A DNA stretch of 64,000 nucleotides. Source: Rhodothermales bacterium (GTDB lineage Bacteria; Bacteroidota; Rhodothermia; Rhodothermales; Bin80). The stretch covers positions 1,030,469 through 1,094,468 of the forward strand of contig OZ244626.1 of the NCBI GenBank assembly GCA_965218495.1. The letters run 5' to 3'. Shown piece after piece: positions 46,357 to 57,873 of this stretch (positions are counted from its first letter, which is position 1; each line of letters begins with the position of its first letter). The notes beneath the pieces are model-generated. The model was given only the letters and a program-made list of their open reading frames with translations, had not been told where the DNA came from and did not search any database. The translations under genes were made by a program, and so were the position numbers.

Positions 46357-48159
46357 ATGCAATACGATTCACATACCAAGCTGCAAGCGGCCGAGACCGC
46401 CGGTGATGCCCTCCCGGAATCCGGACCGCATGTCGTAGCTGCGCAGCAGGACATATCTGGCGCTGAGATTCTTCTTCGATCACTGCAGGCTGAAGGCGTC
46501 AAAGTTGTTTTCGGATATCCAGGGGGCGCGGTCATCAAGATCTATGACGAGATGGCCCGGACCAACCCGGATTTCCAGCACATCCTGGTCCGTCACGAGC
46601 AGGGAGGAGCTCATGCGGCCGAAGGTTATGCGAAGGCAACCGGCAAGGTCGGAACGGTACTGGTAACGAGTGGGCCCGGGGCGACAAATACCGTGACCGG
46701 CATCGCGGATGCCTTCATGGACTCTGTACCGATTGTCGTCTTTACAGGTCAGGTACCGACAGGCCTTATTGGCAACGATGCATTCCAGGAATGTGATGCA
46801 GTTGGCATAACACGTTCCATCACCAAGCACAGCTATTTGGTTCGCGACGTCAAGGACCTTGCACGCACGGTCAAGGAAGCCTACCACATCGCTCGTACCG
46901 GGCGCCCCGGTCCTGTGCTCGTAGACCTCCCTAAGGATGTACTGCTGGCCACCGCACCGTTTTATTACCCGGACACCGTCAACATTCGCGGCTATGTAGT
47001 GCCTGGAGCCGGGCGGCCGGAGAAAATCGTCCGTGCAGCACACATGATTGCGGAGTCTCAGCGGCCAATATTCTACGTTGGTGGCGGGGCAGTCAATTCG
47101 GGCGCCTCAGAAAAGCTGCGCGCGATTGCCAGACGAACACGCATTCCCGTTACAACAACGCTGCACGGCCTGGGGGCATTCCCTGAAGACGATCCCCTCG
47201 CCCTCAATATGCTGGGCATGCACGGCACGTGGTGGGCCAACCAGGCGATTCAGCACTGCGACCTCATTATCGCAGTGGGGGCGCGCTTTGATGACCGGGT
47301 TACCGGAAAGCTCGAATCATGGGCACCGCACGCCAGCGTGATTCATATCGAAATCGACCAGTCCTGCATTTCCAAGAACATTTTCGCAGACTGCGCCATC
47401 CTTGGAGACGTCAATTTGGTTCTGGACCAGCTGGATCCGCTCTTGAAGCGCAAGGACACTGAAGCGTGGCTGAAAGAGATCGATGTCTGGCGCCAGGAAT
47501 GCCCGCTCGAGTATGAAATGGATGATAATCTGCGCGCCCAGTACGTCATCGAGTGCTTGCGCAACAAGACCCAAGGCAATGCCGTGGTGCTTACCGATGT
47601 AGGACAACACCAGATGTGGACTGCGCAGTATTTCCGGTTTATGTATCCTCGCACTCATATCACGTCGGGCGGTCTGGGAACGATGGGCTTTGGGATGCCC
47701 GCATCCATGGGGGCAGCCTTCGGGTTGCGAGAGATGGGCAGTGACATGCCCGTCGTATGCATCAGCGGGGACGGCGGATTCGTGATGAATGCGCAGGAGC
47801 TCAGCGTGGCGGCAGCCCACAAGCTTCCGATCAAGATTGCGGTCATAAACAACCGGTTCCTTGGCATGGTACGGCAGTGGCAAGAGCTCTTTCATGCCGA
47901 ACGCTACAGCCACACCGACCTGTCCGATACCAACCCTGACTTTGTGAAGCTGGCCGAAGCCTATAACTGTGTGGGGCTACGGGCCGCAACCAACCAGGAA
48001 GCCGTCGACATCATAGACGAAGCTTGGACTATCCATGACCAGCCAACCCTGATGGAGTTTCAGGTGGCCAAAGAGGAAATGGTCTTCCCCATGGTTCCGG
48101 CCGGCGCCGCCACGGGTGACATGATTACCAAGCGCATCGTCCCCAATTCATTCGTGTGA
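46357..48159 (+). CDS. ilvB: Acetolactate synthase large subunit
   Basis: ThDP-enzyme motifs FGYPGGA, VTSGPGATN, GLGTMGFGMPA and ISGDGGFVMN. Followed by the small subunit. Confidence 0.9.
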   Translation: MQYDSHTKLQAAETAGDALPESGPHVVAAQQDISGAEILLRSLQAEGVKVVFGYPGGAVIKIYDEMARTNPDFQHILVRHEQGGAHAAEGYAKATGKVGTVLVTSGPGATNTVTGIADAFMDSVPIVVFTGQVPTGLIGNDAFQECDAVGITRSITKHSYLVRDVKDLARTVKEAYHIARTGRPGPVLVDLPKDVLLATAPFYYPDTVNIRGYVVPGAGRPEKIVRAAHMIAESQRPIFYVGGGAVNSGASEKLRAIARRTRIPVTTTLHGLGAFPEDDPLALNMLGMHGTWWANQAIQHCDLIIAVGARFDDRVTGKLESWAPHASVIHIEIDQSCISKNIFADCAILGDVNLVLDQLDPLLKRKDTEAWLKEIDVWRQECPLEYEMDDNLRAQYVIECLRNKTQGNAVVLTDVGQHQMWTAQYFRFMYPRTHITSGGLGTMGFGMPASMGAAFGLREMGSDMPVVCISGDGGFVMNAQELSVAAAHKLPIKIAVINNRFLGMVRQWQELFHAERYSHTDLSDTNPDFVKLAEAYNCVGLRAATNQEAVDIIDEAWTIHDQPTLMEFQVAKEEMVFPMVPAGAATGDMITKRIVPNSFV

Positions 48160-48160
48160 G

Positions 48161-48742
48161 GTGGAAATGTCCGAATCACTTATTCTGACGCCGCAGCAGA
48201 TCAAGCGCAAGAAGGCTGCCGGGGAGCCGATAGAGCCAGGTGAAGACGAGCTGATCCATCGGCATACGATCATGGTTCTGGCAGAAAACTCCATTGGATC
48301 CCTGATCCGAGTGGTCAACATGTTCGCGGCGCGTGGCTTCCACATTGACAGCATCACCGTGGGTGCTACGGATGATAGGTCGATCAGCCGCATGCACGTA
48401 GTCACTACGGGCAATGAGCGCATCATCGCGCAAATTCTGCGGCAGCTAAGCCGCCTGGTGGACACGATTGAGGTGTGCGACCTGACTGAGACCAACTACG
48501 TGGAGCGCGAACTCTGCCTGCTTAAGGTGCGCTATACGCCTCAGTCACGCGCCGAGATCATGGACGTGAATACTGTGTTTCGTGGCAAGGTCGTGGACAT
48601 CACGCCGAATGCTTTCACGTTTGAGCTCACCGGGCCTACGCCCAAAGTTGACGCCTTCATCGACATGATGCGTCCACACAAAATTGTAGAGGTAGCAAGG
48701 AGCGGTCGTGTCGCCATGCAACGCAACCACGTACTATCATAG
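48161..48742 (+). CDS. ilvN: Acetolactate synthase small (regulatory) subunit
   Basis: ACT domain ([34 protein letters not shown]) plus a C-terminal ALS_ss_C-like domain. Start is GTG 48161 or ATG 48167. Confidence 0.9.
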   Translation: MEMSESLILTPQQIKRKKAAGEPIEPGEDELIHRHTIMVLAENSIGSLIRVVNMFAARGFHIDSITVGATDDRSISRMHVVTTGNERIIAQILRQLSRLVDTIEVCDLTETNYVERELCLLKVRYTPQSRAEIMDVNTVFRGKVVDITPNAFTFELTGPTPKVDAFIDMMRPHKIVEVARSGRVAMQRNHVLS

Positions 48743-48753
48743 TTAGCCCCTTT

Positions 48754-49743
48754 ATGCAAATACACTACAGCGCCAACCCGGCGGCGATACGCAGCAAGAA
48801 GGTGGCCGTCATCGGTTACGGCAGTCAGGGCCATGCGCATGCGCTCAACTTGGCCGACAACGGCGTCACCGTTGTAGTGGGCCTGCGAGACGGATCCTCT
48901 TCGGCGCCTGCAGCCTCAAAAAAAGGCTTGCAAGTCATGGACGTCGGAGCGGCCTCAGCCTGGGGCGATGTCATCATGCTTCTTATCCCGGACCAGCACC
49001 AAAAGGCGGTATATGAGGCAGCAATCGCCGCCCACATGACACCCGGCAAGGCACTGGGGTTTGGGCATGGCTTCAACATCCATTACAACCAGATCCTGCC
49101 GCCGGCCGGCATCGATGTATTCATGGTGGCCCCCAAGTCGCCGGGGCATCTTGTGCGCAGAACATTCGAAGAGGGCAAGGGGACGCCCTGCCTGGTCGCA
49201 GTGGCACAAAATGCCAGCGGATGTGCGCTCGAGCTTGCCATCAGCTATGCCGATGCCATCGGAGGAACGCGCGCCGGTGTTATAGAAACCAACTTCAAAG
49301 ACGAAACGGAGACAGACCTGTTTGGAGAGCAGGCCGTGCTCTGTGGCGGGTCCCAGGCGCTTATACAGGCTGGCTTTGAAACCCTTGTTGAGGCAGGGTA
49401 CCCGGAGGAGCTCGCCTACTTCGAAGTGCTGCATGAGCTCAAACTTATCGTGGATCTGTACTACGAAGGCGGGCTCTCGTATATGAATTATTCGATCAGC
49501 GATACTGCCGAGTATGGCAACTATTCGCGCGGTCCACGTGTGATTGACGCGACTGTAAAGCAACGCATGCAGACGGTCCTCAGTGAGATACAGTCCGGTG
49601 CCTTTGCAAAAGAATGGATTGCAGAGTGTGAATCTGGAGGTGCAACATTCAAGGCGCAGCGCGAGGCCGTCGCTACACACCCGATTGAATCGGTTGGGAC
49701 GCGGCTACGCAAGATGATGAGCTGGCTCAGGTCGAACAAGTAA
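48754..49743 (+). CDS. ilvC: Ketol-acid reductoisomerase
   Basis: [21 protein letters not shown]-binding motif and class I length (329 aa). Confidence 0.95.
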   Translation: MQIHYSANPAAIRSKKVAVIGYGSQGHAHALNLADNGVTVVVGLRDGSSSAPAASKKGLQVMDVGAASAWGDVIMLLIPDQHQKAVYEAAIAAHMTPGKALGFGHGFNIHYNQILPPAGIDVFMVAPKSPGHLVRRTFEEGKGTPCLVAVAQNASGCALELAISYADAIGGTRAGVIETNFKDETETDLFGEQAVLCGGSQALIQAGFETLVEAGYPEELAYFEVLHELKLIVDLYYEGGLSYMNYSISDTAEYGNYSRGPRVIDATVKQRMQTVLSEIQSGAFAKEWIAECESGGATFKAQREAVATHPIESVGTRLRKMMSWLRSNK

Positions 49744-49762
49744 GCGTGCGCAGCGCAGGCTC

Positions 49763-50851
49763 GTGAGAAATTCTTACAAGGTAGCGGTCTTGCCCGGGGA
49801 TGGGATTGGCCCCGAAGTGACGCGCGAAGCACTCCAGGTGCTACGAGCGGCGGCAGAGTCGCACGGCTTTGGGCTTCAGACGTCGTCTCACGCAGTCGGG
49901 GGCAGTGCACTGGACAGTTACGACGAGCCGCTACCGGCCACCACCATTGCAGCCTGTCAAGCTGCGGACGCGGTGCTCCTTGGCGCCATCGGTGGTCCGA
50001 AGTGGGACCATGAAACCGGACCTCGCCGCTGCGAAGCCGCGCTCCTTGGCGTGCGCAAGCTCTTGGGAGTCTACGCCAACTTGCGACCGGTAGTGGTGCT
50101 TGAGGGCTTGACATCACGGTCGCCGCTGGGCGCTGAGCGCGTCGCCGGCACGGACATCCTCATCGTAAGAGAACTGACAGGGGGCGTGTACTTTGGCACG
50201 CCGCGCGGGCTTAAGTGCTCCGGCGGTCAGCGTATTGGCGTAAACACGATGGTCTATACCGAGGACGAAATTTCTCGCATTGCCCGCGTCGCCTTCACAT
50301 GGGCGCGCCGTCGAACAGGGCACGTCACATCCGTGGACAAAGCCAACGTGCTGGAAGCCTCGCAGCTCTGGCGCACGGTGGTTCGTGAGGTGCATGGACA
50401 AGAGTTTCCGGATGTATCTCTGAATCATCTGTACGTCGATAACGCAGCAATGCAGTTGGTGCTAGACCCCGGGTCGTTTGACGTAATTCTCACGGGAAAC
50501 CTTTTTGGAGACATCCTTTCAGACTTGGCCGCCACACTGCCCGGTTCGATTGGCCTTTTGCCATCAGCCAGCGTGGGCGCTGCCATCGGGCTATTTGAGC
50601 CGGTGCATGGAAGCGCCCCGAATATTGCAGGACAGGGGAGGGCGAACCCCGTGGGTGCGATACTCAGTGCCGCGATGATGCTGGAATCCCTAGGCGAAGA
50701 GGCGGCAGCAACACGTATCCGAAGTGGCGTTGCGGACACCCTGCAGTCTGGCGTGTTTACAGCCGACTTGGGGGGCACGGCATCAACGACAGCGGTTGGA
50801 GAGGCTATCTGCGAATTCGCCTTCGGAATGGAATCAGCTAACACATTTTAG
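49763..50851 (+). CDS. leuB: 3-isopropylmalate dehydrogenase
   Basis: VLPGDGIGPEV and NLFGDILSDLAA motifs. GTG start. Confidence 0.95.
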   Translation: MRNSYKVAVLPGDGIGPEVTREALQVLRAAAESHGFGLQTSSHAVGGSALDSYDEPLPATTIAACQAADAVLLGAIGGPKWDHETGPRRCEAALLGVRKLLGVYANLRPVVVLEGLTSRSPLGAERVAGTDILIVRELTGGVYFGTPRGLKCSGGQRIGVNTMVYTEDEISRIARVAFTWARRRTGHVTSVDKANVLEASQLWRTVVREVHGQEFPDVSLNHLYVDNAAMQLVLDPGSFDVILTGNLFGDILSDLAATLPGSIGLLPSASVGAAIGLFEPVHGSAPNIAGQGRANPVGAILSAAMMLESLGEEAAATRIRSGVADTLQSGVFTADLGGTASTTAVGEAICEFAFGMESANTF

Positions 50852-50859
50852 GCAGACTA

Positions 50860-52476
50860 ATGTCATTTGATCACGTAAGGATCTTTGATACCACGCTGCG
50901 CGACGGCGAACAAGCGCCGGGTGCAGCGATGACCATCAACGAAAAGCTGCGAATTGCGCAGCAGCTTGCACGGCTCAACGTTGACGTTATTGAGGCCGGC
51001 TTTCCCATCTCTTCACCGGCGCAGTTTGAAGCCGTTCAGCGCATCGCAGGAGAGATTCGCGGTCCTGTGATTTGTGCCTTGGCGCGGACGGTTCCGGCAG
51101 ACATTGAGGCTGCGGGTGAGGCCTTGCTCACGGGCAACAATGGGCGGATTCACACCTTTATTGCCACGAGTGAAATCCACCTCATGGCCAAGTTCGGCGA
51201 CGCGCGTTACGGAATTTCGTTAGCGGAGAAGCGGCAGACGATCCTGCGCATGGCCACCGAAGCTGTGACCCAGGCGCGTGCAATGACCAGCGACGTGGAG
51301 TTCAGCGCTGAGGATGCAGGGCGTACCGACACGGGTTACCTGGTCGAGGTCATAAGCGCGGCCGTTGAGGCCGGCGCCACCACCATCAACATTCCCGACA
51401 CGACCGGGTACTGCGTGCCCCATGAATATGCCCAGCTGTTTCACCTGGTGAAGGAGCGGTGTAACCTGAATGGTCAGGTGACCCTTTCCACGCATTGTCA
51501 CGACGATCTGGGGCTGGCCGTAGCAAACTCGCTGGCTGGCGTGCTGGCCGGCGCCCGTCAGGTAGAGTGTACCATCAACGGTATTGGCGAGCGTGCAGGC
51601 AATGCCTCGCTGGAAGAGGTCGTGATGGCGCTGAAGGTCCGGCGTAGCAACTTTGGGGCAGAAACCGCGATCCGGACACACTTGCTGACGCCTACGAGTC
51701 GCCTCGTGTCGATTGCCACGGGCTTTGCGGTGCCGCCTAACAAGGCGGTAGTAGGAGGCAATGCCTTCAGCCATGAGGCCGGAATTCATCAGCATGGCGT
51801 GCTCAAGAGTCGCGAAACGTACGAGATCATGCGAGCCGCGGATGTCGGCCAGAACGCTGAGGCGATCCGGTTGGGACGGCATTCGGGGCGCCATGGCCTC
51901 TTCAGCCGTCTCAGCACCATGGGCATCGTCGTTGCGGAAGAGCACCACGAGGAGTTGTACCAGCAGTTCGTAGAGCTCGCTGACAAGAAAAAGGAGATCC
52001 ACGATGAGGACCTGGAGGAGCTGGTCCTACGCACGACTGGGCGACCGACATCGGATCCCTACCGTCTGGACCAGATCCACGTATCGACAGGAACTGGGCG
52101 CCACCCTACTGCCGAGGTTCTGGTGCACCACCTTGCTTCCGGCACTTTCCGCCGCGAAACCGCCGACGGCGACGGACCGGTAGCCGCCATATATAAGGCC
52201 ATCGACCAGGCCACGGGGAGCCATCATGACCTGGTCAGCTATGCGATTCGATCCGTGGGAGAAGGGGCGGATGCGATGGGTGAGGTAACCGTCCTCATTG
52301 GAGATAGCGGCGCGTTCTTTCGGGGCGTTTCCCGCAGCACGGATGTGCTGAAAGCCTCGGCCGACAGCTACATCAGGGCACTCAATCAACTGGCAAAATT
52401 CCGCACCGAAGAAAAGAACGTTGAGTTCGTTGGCGATAGTATTATGCAGTCCTTTGAAAGCGGCACGCCGCAGTAG
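50860..52476 (+). CDS. leuA: 2-isopropylmalate synthase
   Basis: [33 protein letters not shown] and a C-terminal LeuA regulatory domain. Confidence 0.9.
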   Translation: MSFDHVRIFDTTLRDGEQAPGAAMTINEKLRIAQQLARLNVDVIEAGFPISSPAQFEAVQRIAGEIRGPVICALARTVPADIEAAGEALLTGNNGRIHTFIATSEIHLMAKFGDARYGISLAEKRQTILRMATEAVTQARAMTSDVEFSAEDAGRTDTGYLVEVISAAVEAGATTINIPDTTGYCVPHEYAQLFHLVKERCNLNGQVTLSTHCHDDLGLAVANSLAGVLAGARQVECTINGIGERAGNASLEEVVMALKVRRSNFGAETAIRTHLLTPTSRLVSIATGFAVPPNKAVVGGNAFSHEAGIHQHGVLKSRETYEIMRAADVGQNAEAIRLGRHSGRHGLFSRLSTMGIVVAEEHHEELYQQFVELADKKKEIHDEDLEELVLRTTGRPTSDPYRLDQIHVSTGTGRHPTAEVLVHHLASGTFRRETADGDGPVAAIYKAIDQATGSHHDLVSYAIRSVGEGADAMGEVTVLIGDSGAFFRGVSRSTDVLKASADSYIRALNQLAKFRTEEKNVEFVGDSIMQSFESGTPQ

Positions 52477-52479
52477 CCG

Positions 52480-53775
52480 ATGATGACGATTACCGAGAAA
52501 ATCCTTGCAAGCCATGCGCAACGCGAGCGCGTGGCACCCGGCGAGAGCATCTGGGTAGATGTTGACATCCTGATGACACACGATGTCTGCGGGCCACCGA
52601 CGGTGGACATCTTCAAGCGCGAGTTTGGGGAGGACGCCCGCGTATGGGACCCCGACAAGCTGGTTGTCCTGCCGGACCACTATATCTTTACCGCAAATCA
52701 TCATGCGAACCGCAACGTGAGGCTCTTGCGCGAATTTGCGCAAGAGCAAGACCTGCCGCACTTCTACGATGTGGGTACGCCCCGCTACAAAGGCGTATGC
52801 CACGTGGCCCTGGCGGAGGAAGGCTTTAACCGGCCCGGATCACTACTTATCGGGACTGACAGCCATACCTGCACCTCGGGCGCATTCGGGATGTTTTCCA
52901 CCGGCGTAGGCAACACGGATGCGGCACTGATCATGGGAACAGGCAAGATCTGGCTGCGCGTACCTGAAACCATGCGCTTCATCTTCGAAGGCGAGATGCC
53001 GCCATACCTTATGGCCAAGGATCTCATCCTAGCCGTAATCGGAGACATTGGCTGTGACGGGGCCACCTACCGCGCAATGGAGTTTGACGGCGAAGCGGTC
53101 TATGCGTTGTCCATGCAGGAACGTATGACGCTCACGAACATGGCGATTGAAGCCGGTGGCAAGAATGGCGTAATTGCGCCGGACGAGGTGACGCTTGACT
53201 ACGTTCGCAAGCGTACTGATGCGCCGTTTAATGTGGTATACAGCGATGTAGATGCGCGGTACCAGTCCGAATACCGCTACGATGTAACGACGATGGAGCC
53301 CGTGGTGGCCAAGCCACATCGGCCGGACAACAAGGCCAGTGTAGGAGAGGTAGCCGGCACGCGCCTGGATCGGGCCTATGTGGGAAGCTGTACGGGTGGA
53401 AAACTCGAAGACTTCCTCGCCGCGGCTTCCGTGCTCAAGGGACAGGGGGTGGTGATTGATACCTATATCGTGCCTGCTACCACCGAGATTGGCCAGGCAC
53501 TGCACACCACGAATTTGGCCGGCGTATCCTTGCATGAGATCTTCGAAAACGCGGGCTGCCTGATGGGACAGGCGAGCTGCGGCGCATGCCTGGGCGGCCC
53601 GCAGGACACCTTCGGGCGCAACGTGTCCCGTGAAGTAGTAATTTCCACGACAAACAGAAATTTTCCGGGTCGGATGGGATCCAAGAAGGCCTCAGTGTAC
53701 CTGGCCTCTCCGTTGACCGTAGCCGCTTCTGCACTTGCCGGGGTGATCACCGACCCGCGCGAGGTATTGGTATAG
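52480..53775 (+). CDS. leuC: 3-isopropylmalate dehydratase large subunit
   Basis: Aconitase-family motifs (GTDSHTCT, GSCTGG, SCGACLG). 431-aa short-type LeuC. Confidence 0.9.
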   Translation: MMTITEKILASHAQRERVAPGESIWVDVDILMTHDVCGPPTVDIFKREFGEDARVWDPDKLVVLPDHYIFTANHHANRNVRLLREFAQEQDLPHFYDVGTPRYKGVCHVALAEEGFNRPGSLLIGTDSHTCTSGAFGMFSTGVGNTDAALIMGTGKIWLRVPETMRFIFEGEMPPYLMAKDLILAVIGDIGCDGATYRAMEFDGEAVYALSMQERMTLTNMAIEAGGKNGVIAPDEVTLDYVRKRTDAPFNVVYSDVDARYQSEYRYDVTTMEPVVAKPHRPDNKASVGEVAGTRLDRAYVGSCTGGKLEDFLAAASVLKGQGVVIDTYIVPATTEIGQALHTTNLAGVSLHEIFENAGCLMGQASCGACLGGPQDTFGRNVSREVVISTTNRNFPGRMGSKKASVYLASPLTVAASALAGVITDPREVLV

Positions 53776-53788
53776 AATTAGACAAGGC

Positions 53789-54358
53789 ATGGAACGCAAT
53801 ATTCGAGGCTTGGCCTACGTGGTAGGAAACGCCATTGATACTGACCAGATCATCCCTGCGGAGCATCTGGTCTACAGCCTGAGAAGAACGGACGAGCGCC
53901 GCATGTACGGGCGCTTTGCTTTGAGCGGAATACCGGTGGCTGGGCAGGGACTGCCATTTGGCAACATTCCGTTTACTGCGCCCGACGAATACAGGAGCAA
54001 GTTCACGTTTGTGGTAGGTGGCTCAAACTTCGGCTGCGGCTCCTCGCGCGAGCATGCACCGTTTGCACTTACAGAAGCTGGTGCCCGGGTCGTGATTGCA
54101 GAAAGCTATGCGCGGATATTCTTCCGCAACACGGTTGATGGCGGCTTCGTCATTCCGTTTGAGTCGGAGGAGCGGCTGGTAGACCGTATCAGGACAGGGG
54201 ACGACCTGGAGCTCGATACCAAGCGGGCGCACCTGACGAATCATACCACCAATCAGGCATTTCTATTGCGTCCGCTGGGAGATGTCGCCGAGATTCTACA
54301 TGCCGGCAACGTGTTTGCCTATGCACGGCAGGCAGGACTAATCCCGGCTGCGCCATGA
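53789..54358 (+). CDS. leuD: 3-isopropylmalate dehydratase small subunit
   Basis: Swivel-domain protein (GGSNFGCGSSREHA) directly after leuC. Confidence 0.9.
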   Translation: MERNIRGLAYVVGNAIDTDQIIPAEHLVYSLRRTDERRMYGRFALSGIPVAGQGLPFGNIPFTAPDEYRSKFTFVVGGSNFGCGSSREHAPFALTEAGARVVIAESYARIFFRNTVDGGFVIPFESEERLVDRIRTGDDLELDTKRAHLTNHTTNQAFLLRPLGDVAEILHAGNVFAYARQAGLIPAAP

Positions 54359-55974
54359 AACGCACCTCGATTGAGCTATTCGACACCACCCTGCGGGACG
54401 GCTCACAAGCCGAGCATGTGACGCTTTCCGTTTCGGACAAGATGCGCATTGCACATCGGCTGGACGCGTTCGGAATTCATGTGATTGAGGGCGGCTGGCC
54501 CGGGTCGAATCCCAAGGATCAAGAGTTCTTCCAGGGGGCCTCGGCTGCCACATGGAAGCAGGCGCAAATCTGCGCTTTTGGCTCTACGCGGCGAGCAGGA
54601 AACGCGCCCGAAGAGGATCCAAGCCTGCAAGCGATGCTGGCATCGGGCACCAGTGTGGTGTCCATATTCGGCAAGAGCTGGACGCTGCACGTGGAGCGGG
54701 CGCTCGCCGTAAGCCGCGAGGAAAACCTGGACATGATCGCCTCTTCCGTCAGCTATCTGACAAGCCAGGGAAAGCGCGTGATCTATGACGCGGAGCATTT
54801 TTTTGACGGCTACAAGGACGACCCTTCGTACGCACTGAAGACTTTGGAAGCGGCGACTCGGGCTGGTGCCGACGTCCTGGTGCTTTGTGACACCAACGGA
54901 GGGACGCTTCCCAGCGAGGTCGGACGCATCGTACGTGCGGTAGATGAGCGGTTTGACAGCATTGGAATTCATCCGCACAACGATAGCGGATGCGGGGTAG
55001 CCAATGCCTTGGCCGCGGTGGAGGCCGGCGCACGCCACGTGCAGGGGACCATCAACGGCATTGGAGAGCGGGTCGGCAATGCAGACCTGTGCACGATCAT
55101 TGCATGCCTCCAAGCCAAGATGGGATATCACTGCGTGCCGCCGCAATGTCTGGCCGGCCTGGCAGACCTTTCCCACTTTGTGGACGAGGTCGCAAACCTT
55201 TTGCCGCTAGACCGTGCGCCGTTTGTGGGGCGGAGTGCGTTTGCGCACAAGGGCGGAATCCATGTCTCTGCGGTGATGAAGGAGCCCCGCGCATATGAGC
55301 ATATGGATCCGGAAGTGGTGGGCAACAAGCGGCGGGTGCTTGTGTCCGACCTGTCTGGACAGTCTAACGTGCGCTACAAGGCCAAAGAGCTCGGCATTGA
55401 GCTGAACGGGCAGCGTGAAACGCGCGAAGCAGTCAAGCGCATCAAGACGTTAGAGCACCTTGGGTATGAGTTTCAGGGAGCGGAGGCATCATTTGAGCTT
55501 CTGCTGCGAAGCATCCGCGGGGAACAGACAAAGATGTTCACGCTTGACCGGTTCCGTGTACATACGGCGAGGGGCCAGCAGGGTGTGCAGTGGTCCGAGG
55601 CTACCGTGGCAGTATTTGTCCGCGGGAAGCGGGAGTTGGCCGTGGCCGAGGGATTGGGGCCGGTAGACGCACTCTCCAATGCGCTCCACAAAGCGTTGTG
55701 TGTCTCGTACCCACGTTTGGGGGCCGTTCGCCTGGCCGACTACAAAGTTCGGGTGCTAGGCTCCGAGAGTGCTACCGAGGCTACGGTTCGCGTGCTGATT
55801 GAGCATCACGAGGCTGGCGGCGACCGGCGCTGGCACACCGTAGGGGTTTCAAAAAATATCCTTGATGCAAGTTGGCAGGCTCTGACCGACGGCATTTGCT
55901 ATTACCTGTTCCACACCGAATCAAGCCAGCTGTCGGTAGCCGGGCTCAAACCGGCCCAGGCTGTCGCTGCATAG
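54355..55974 (+). CDS. cimA: Citramalate synthase (LeuA-family paralogue)
   Basis: [11 protein letters not shown] and [16 protein letters not shown] are typical of the CimA clade rather than Leu[18 protein letters not shown]. 4-nt overlap with leuD. Confidence 0.8.
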   Translation: MKRTSIELFDTTLRDGSQAEHVTLSVSDKMRIAHRLDAFGIHVIEGGWPGSNPKDQEFFQGASAATWKQAQICAFGSTRRAGNAPEEDPSLQAMLASGTSVVSIFGKSWTLHVERALAVSREENLDMIASSVSYLTSQGKRVIYDAEHFFDGYKDDPSYALKTLEAATRAGADVLVLCDTNGGTLPSEVGRIVRAVDERFDSIGIHPHNDSGCGVANALAAVEAGARHVQGTINGIGERVGNADLCTIIACLQAKMGYHCVPPQCLAGLADLSHFVDEVANLLPLDRAPFVGRSAFAHKGGIHVSAVMKEPRAYEHMDPEVVGNKRRVLVSDLSGQSNVRYKAKELGIELNGQRETREAVKRIKTLEHLGYEFQGAEASFELLLRSIRGEQTKMFTLDRFRVHTARGQQGVQWSEATVAVFVRGKRELAVAEGLGPVDALSNALHKALCVSYPRLGAVRLADYKVRVLGSESATEATVRVLIEHHEAGGDRRWHTVGVSKNILDASWQALTDGICYYLFHTESSQLSVAGLKPAQAVAA

Positions 55975-55995
55975 CGGAGCCAGCGCTTGCCTGAC

Positions 55996-57072
55996 TCAGG
56001 CGCGCAAACGCGAGTTGTAGTACTCCTTGATGATCCGCTGGTATGCACGGGCGGCACGTGAGATTTCCGCTGCAGCGACATGCTCCTCTGCTGTGTGCGA
56101 TAGCTCACTTTTGCCAGGGCCTATCTTTACTACGGGAACGTCATGGAGATGTGTCCAGTCGCTGGCGGTGGGAGACCCCGCTACCACTGCGCCGGGTAGG
56201 GCCCGAAGGCAACTCTGAACGATGTGAGCCGTGGCAGGGGTTGAAACGGGGATAATGCGCCCACTGTGGACGTCGATTTCCGAAGCCAGCAGCGCGTCCA
56301 AGTCGCGGGCGATCTGGTCATGCGAGTACGCTGGCGTGGAGCGGACATCCACATAGAACGTGCAACGATCCGGCACAACGTTCCGCGCGGTCCCTCCTTC
56401 GATAGCCGAAACACACAATGTAGGCGCCCCCAGTAGCGGGTCCGCATGGGCAAATGAATAGCGATTCAACACGCTGATGTCTGCTGCGGCCTTTGTTATG
56501 GCGTTTTCACCTAGGTAGGCACGAGCTGCATGTGCGCTTTTTCCGCGTGCAGTAACCCTTAGGATCAGCAGTCCCTTTTGCGCAATGATGGGCTGCAGCG
56601 AAGTCGGCTCGCCCACGAGCGCTGCATGAAGCGGCGGCAGATGTGGCCTAAGTGCAAGAAGACCGTTGTCGTCCGTACCGATTTCTTCGCACGCGGTCAG
56701 GGCAACGATCACCTGGCCGCCTGCGGGATTCCAGCCTTCCTGGGCAAGGGACAATAGGGCCGTGGTCATGGCTGCGCCGCTGCCCTTGGCGTCTGCCGTT
56801 CCCCGCCCGTAGATGAGGCCGCCAACCTCGACCGCTTCGTAAGGATCATAGGGATGACCGGTGGAGGGCGGCACCACATCCAGGTGTGAGTTCAGGAGCA
56901 GCCGGTGCTCCCCGTCACCAACCCAGAAGTACACGTTATTGCCCAGGCGCCGAACCTGCACGCCGCATTGCTGAACGTAGGCTTCTAAGAATGAAGCGAT
57001 CGCGTCTTCCTTGTGGCTCAGTGACGGAAATCGCACGAGTGCCTTCAGAAGATCCGGTGCCGAGCGTATCAT
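55996..57072 (-). CDS. argE: M20-family acyl-ornithine deacylase (ArgE-like)
   Basis: M20 motifs LNSHLDVVPP and GRGTADAKG. Last gene of the arg cluster. Confidence 0.7.
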   Translation of the reverse strand: MIRSAPDLLKALVRFPSLSHKEDAIASFLEAYVQQCGVQVRRLGNNVYFWVGDGEHRLLLNSHLDVVPPSTGHPYDPYEAVEVGGLIYGRGTADAKGSGAAMTTALLSLAQEGWNPAGGQVIVALTACEEIGTDDNGLLALRPHLPPLHAALVGEPTSLQPIIAQKGLLILRVTARGKSAHAARAYLGENAITKAAADISVLNRYSFAHADPLLGAPTLCVSAIEGGTARNVVPDRCTFYVDVRSTPAYSHDQIARDLDALLASEIDVHSGRIIPVSTPATAHIVQSCLRALPGAVVAGSPTASDWTHLHDVPVVKIGPGKSELSHTAEEHVAAAEISRAARAYQRIIKEYYNSRLRA

Positions 57073-57873
57073 CTACAGAATAATTTGCGTTGCGTGCGAC
57101 CTCTTGATGAGATCGCCAGGACCGGTGACATAAACTTGGCGAACGCCCTTCCTCAAGGCCTCCACAGCGACATGTCCCTTGACCTGCATGCCGCCGGCAA
57201 CCCATCCCTGCGCCTGTCCTTCATCGAAGGTGCGCGCACTGAGAGATCGCACCAGCGTCGCGGGATCATGCGCATGGCGGCGAATGCCGCCGGTTTCCGT
57301 CACTAATATCAGCGCCTCTGCTGCCAGGCCTACCGCAAGAGCGCTGGCAACGGTGTCGGCATTCACGTTGTAGCGACGCCCTTGGACGTCCACCCCGATA
57401 GGCGCAACGATGGGAAGGTATCCTTCGCCCATGAGCACCGTGAGGATCCGAGGATGCACGGACTCGATTTCTCCCACCCACCCAAAGTCCACCTCCTCAC
57501 CGTCTACCATCCATGGCTCGCGTCGGGTGACCATCAGCAGACCGCCATCTGCGCCGCAGAGGCCCACGCCGCACAAGCCATGGGTCAGGGCCTGACCCAC
57601 CAGGGACACGTTGATCGCGCCCCGCATGGTCCACTCCACGATTCGAAGGTCCAGCGTCGTCGTGACACGGCGGCCCCGGATGATGCGCGGCCGGTGCCCA
57701 AGTTTTCCAGCGAGCGCGCTGGCCTCACTGCCGCCACCGTGCACAATGGTGACAGGGTTCATTCTGGACAGCATCTCTAGTTGCGGCCAAAAGGCTTCCA
57801 GGTCCTTTAGCACCGCGCCGCCGACCTTTACCACGATAGGCGCACGTCCGGTGCGCTCGCGCATACGCTCCAT
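57073..57873 (-). CDS. argB: Acetylglutamate kinase
   Basis: Amino-acid kinase fold: VVKVGGAVL, IVHGGG, NVNADT. Confidence 0.9.
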   Translation of the reverse strand: MERMRERTGRAPIVVKVGGAVLKDLEAFWPQLEMLSRMNPVTIVHGGGSEASALAGKLGHRPRIIRGRRVTTTLDLRIVEWTMRGAINVSLVGQALTHGLCGVGLCGADGGLLMVTRREPWMVDGEEVDFGWVGEIESVHPRILTVLMGEGYLPIVAPIGVDVQGRRYNVNADTVASALAVGLAAEALILVTETGGIRRHAHDPATLVRSLSARTFDEGQAQGWVAGGMQVKGHVAVEALRKGVRQVYVTGPGDLIKRSHATQIIL

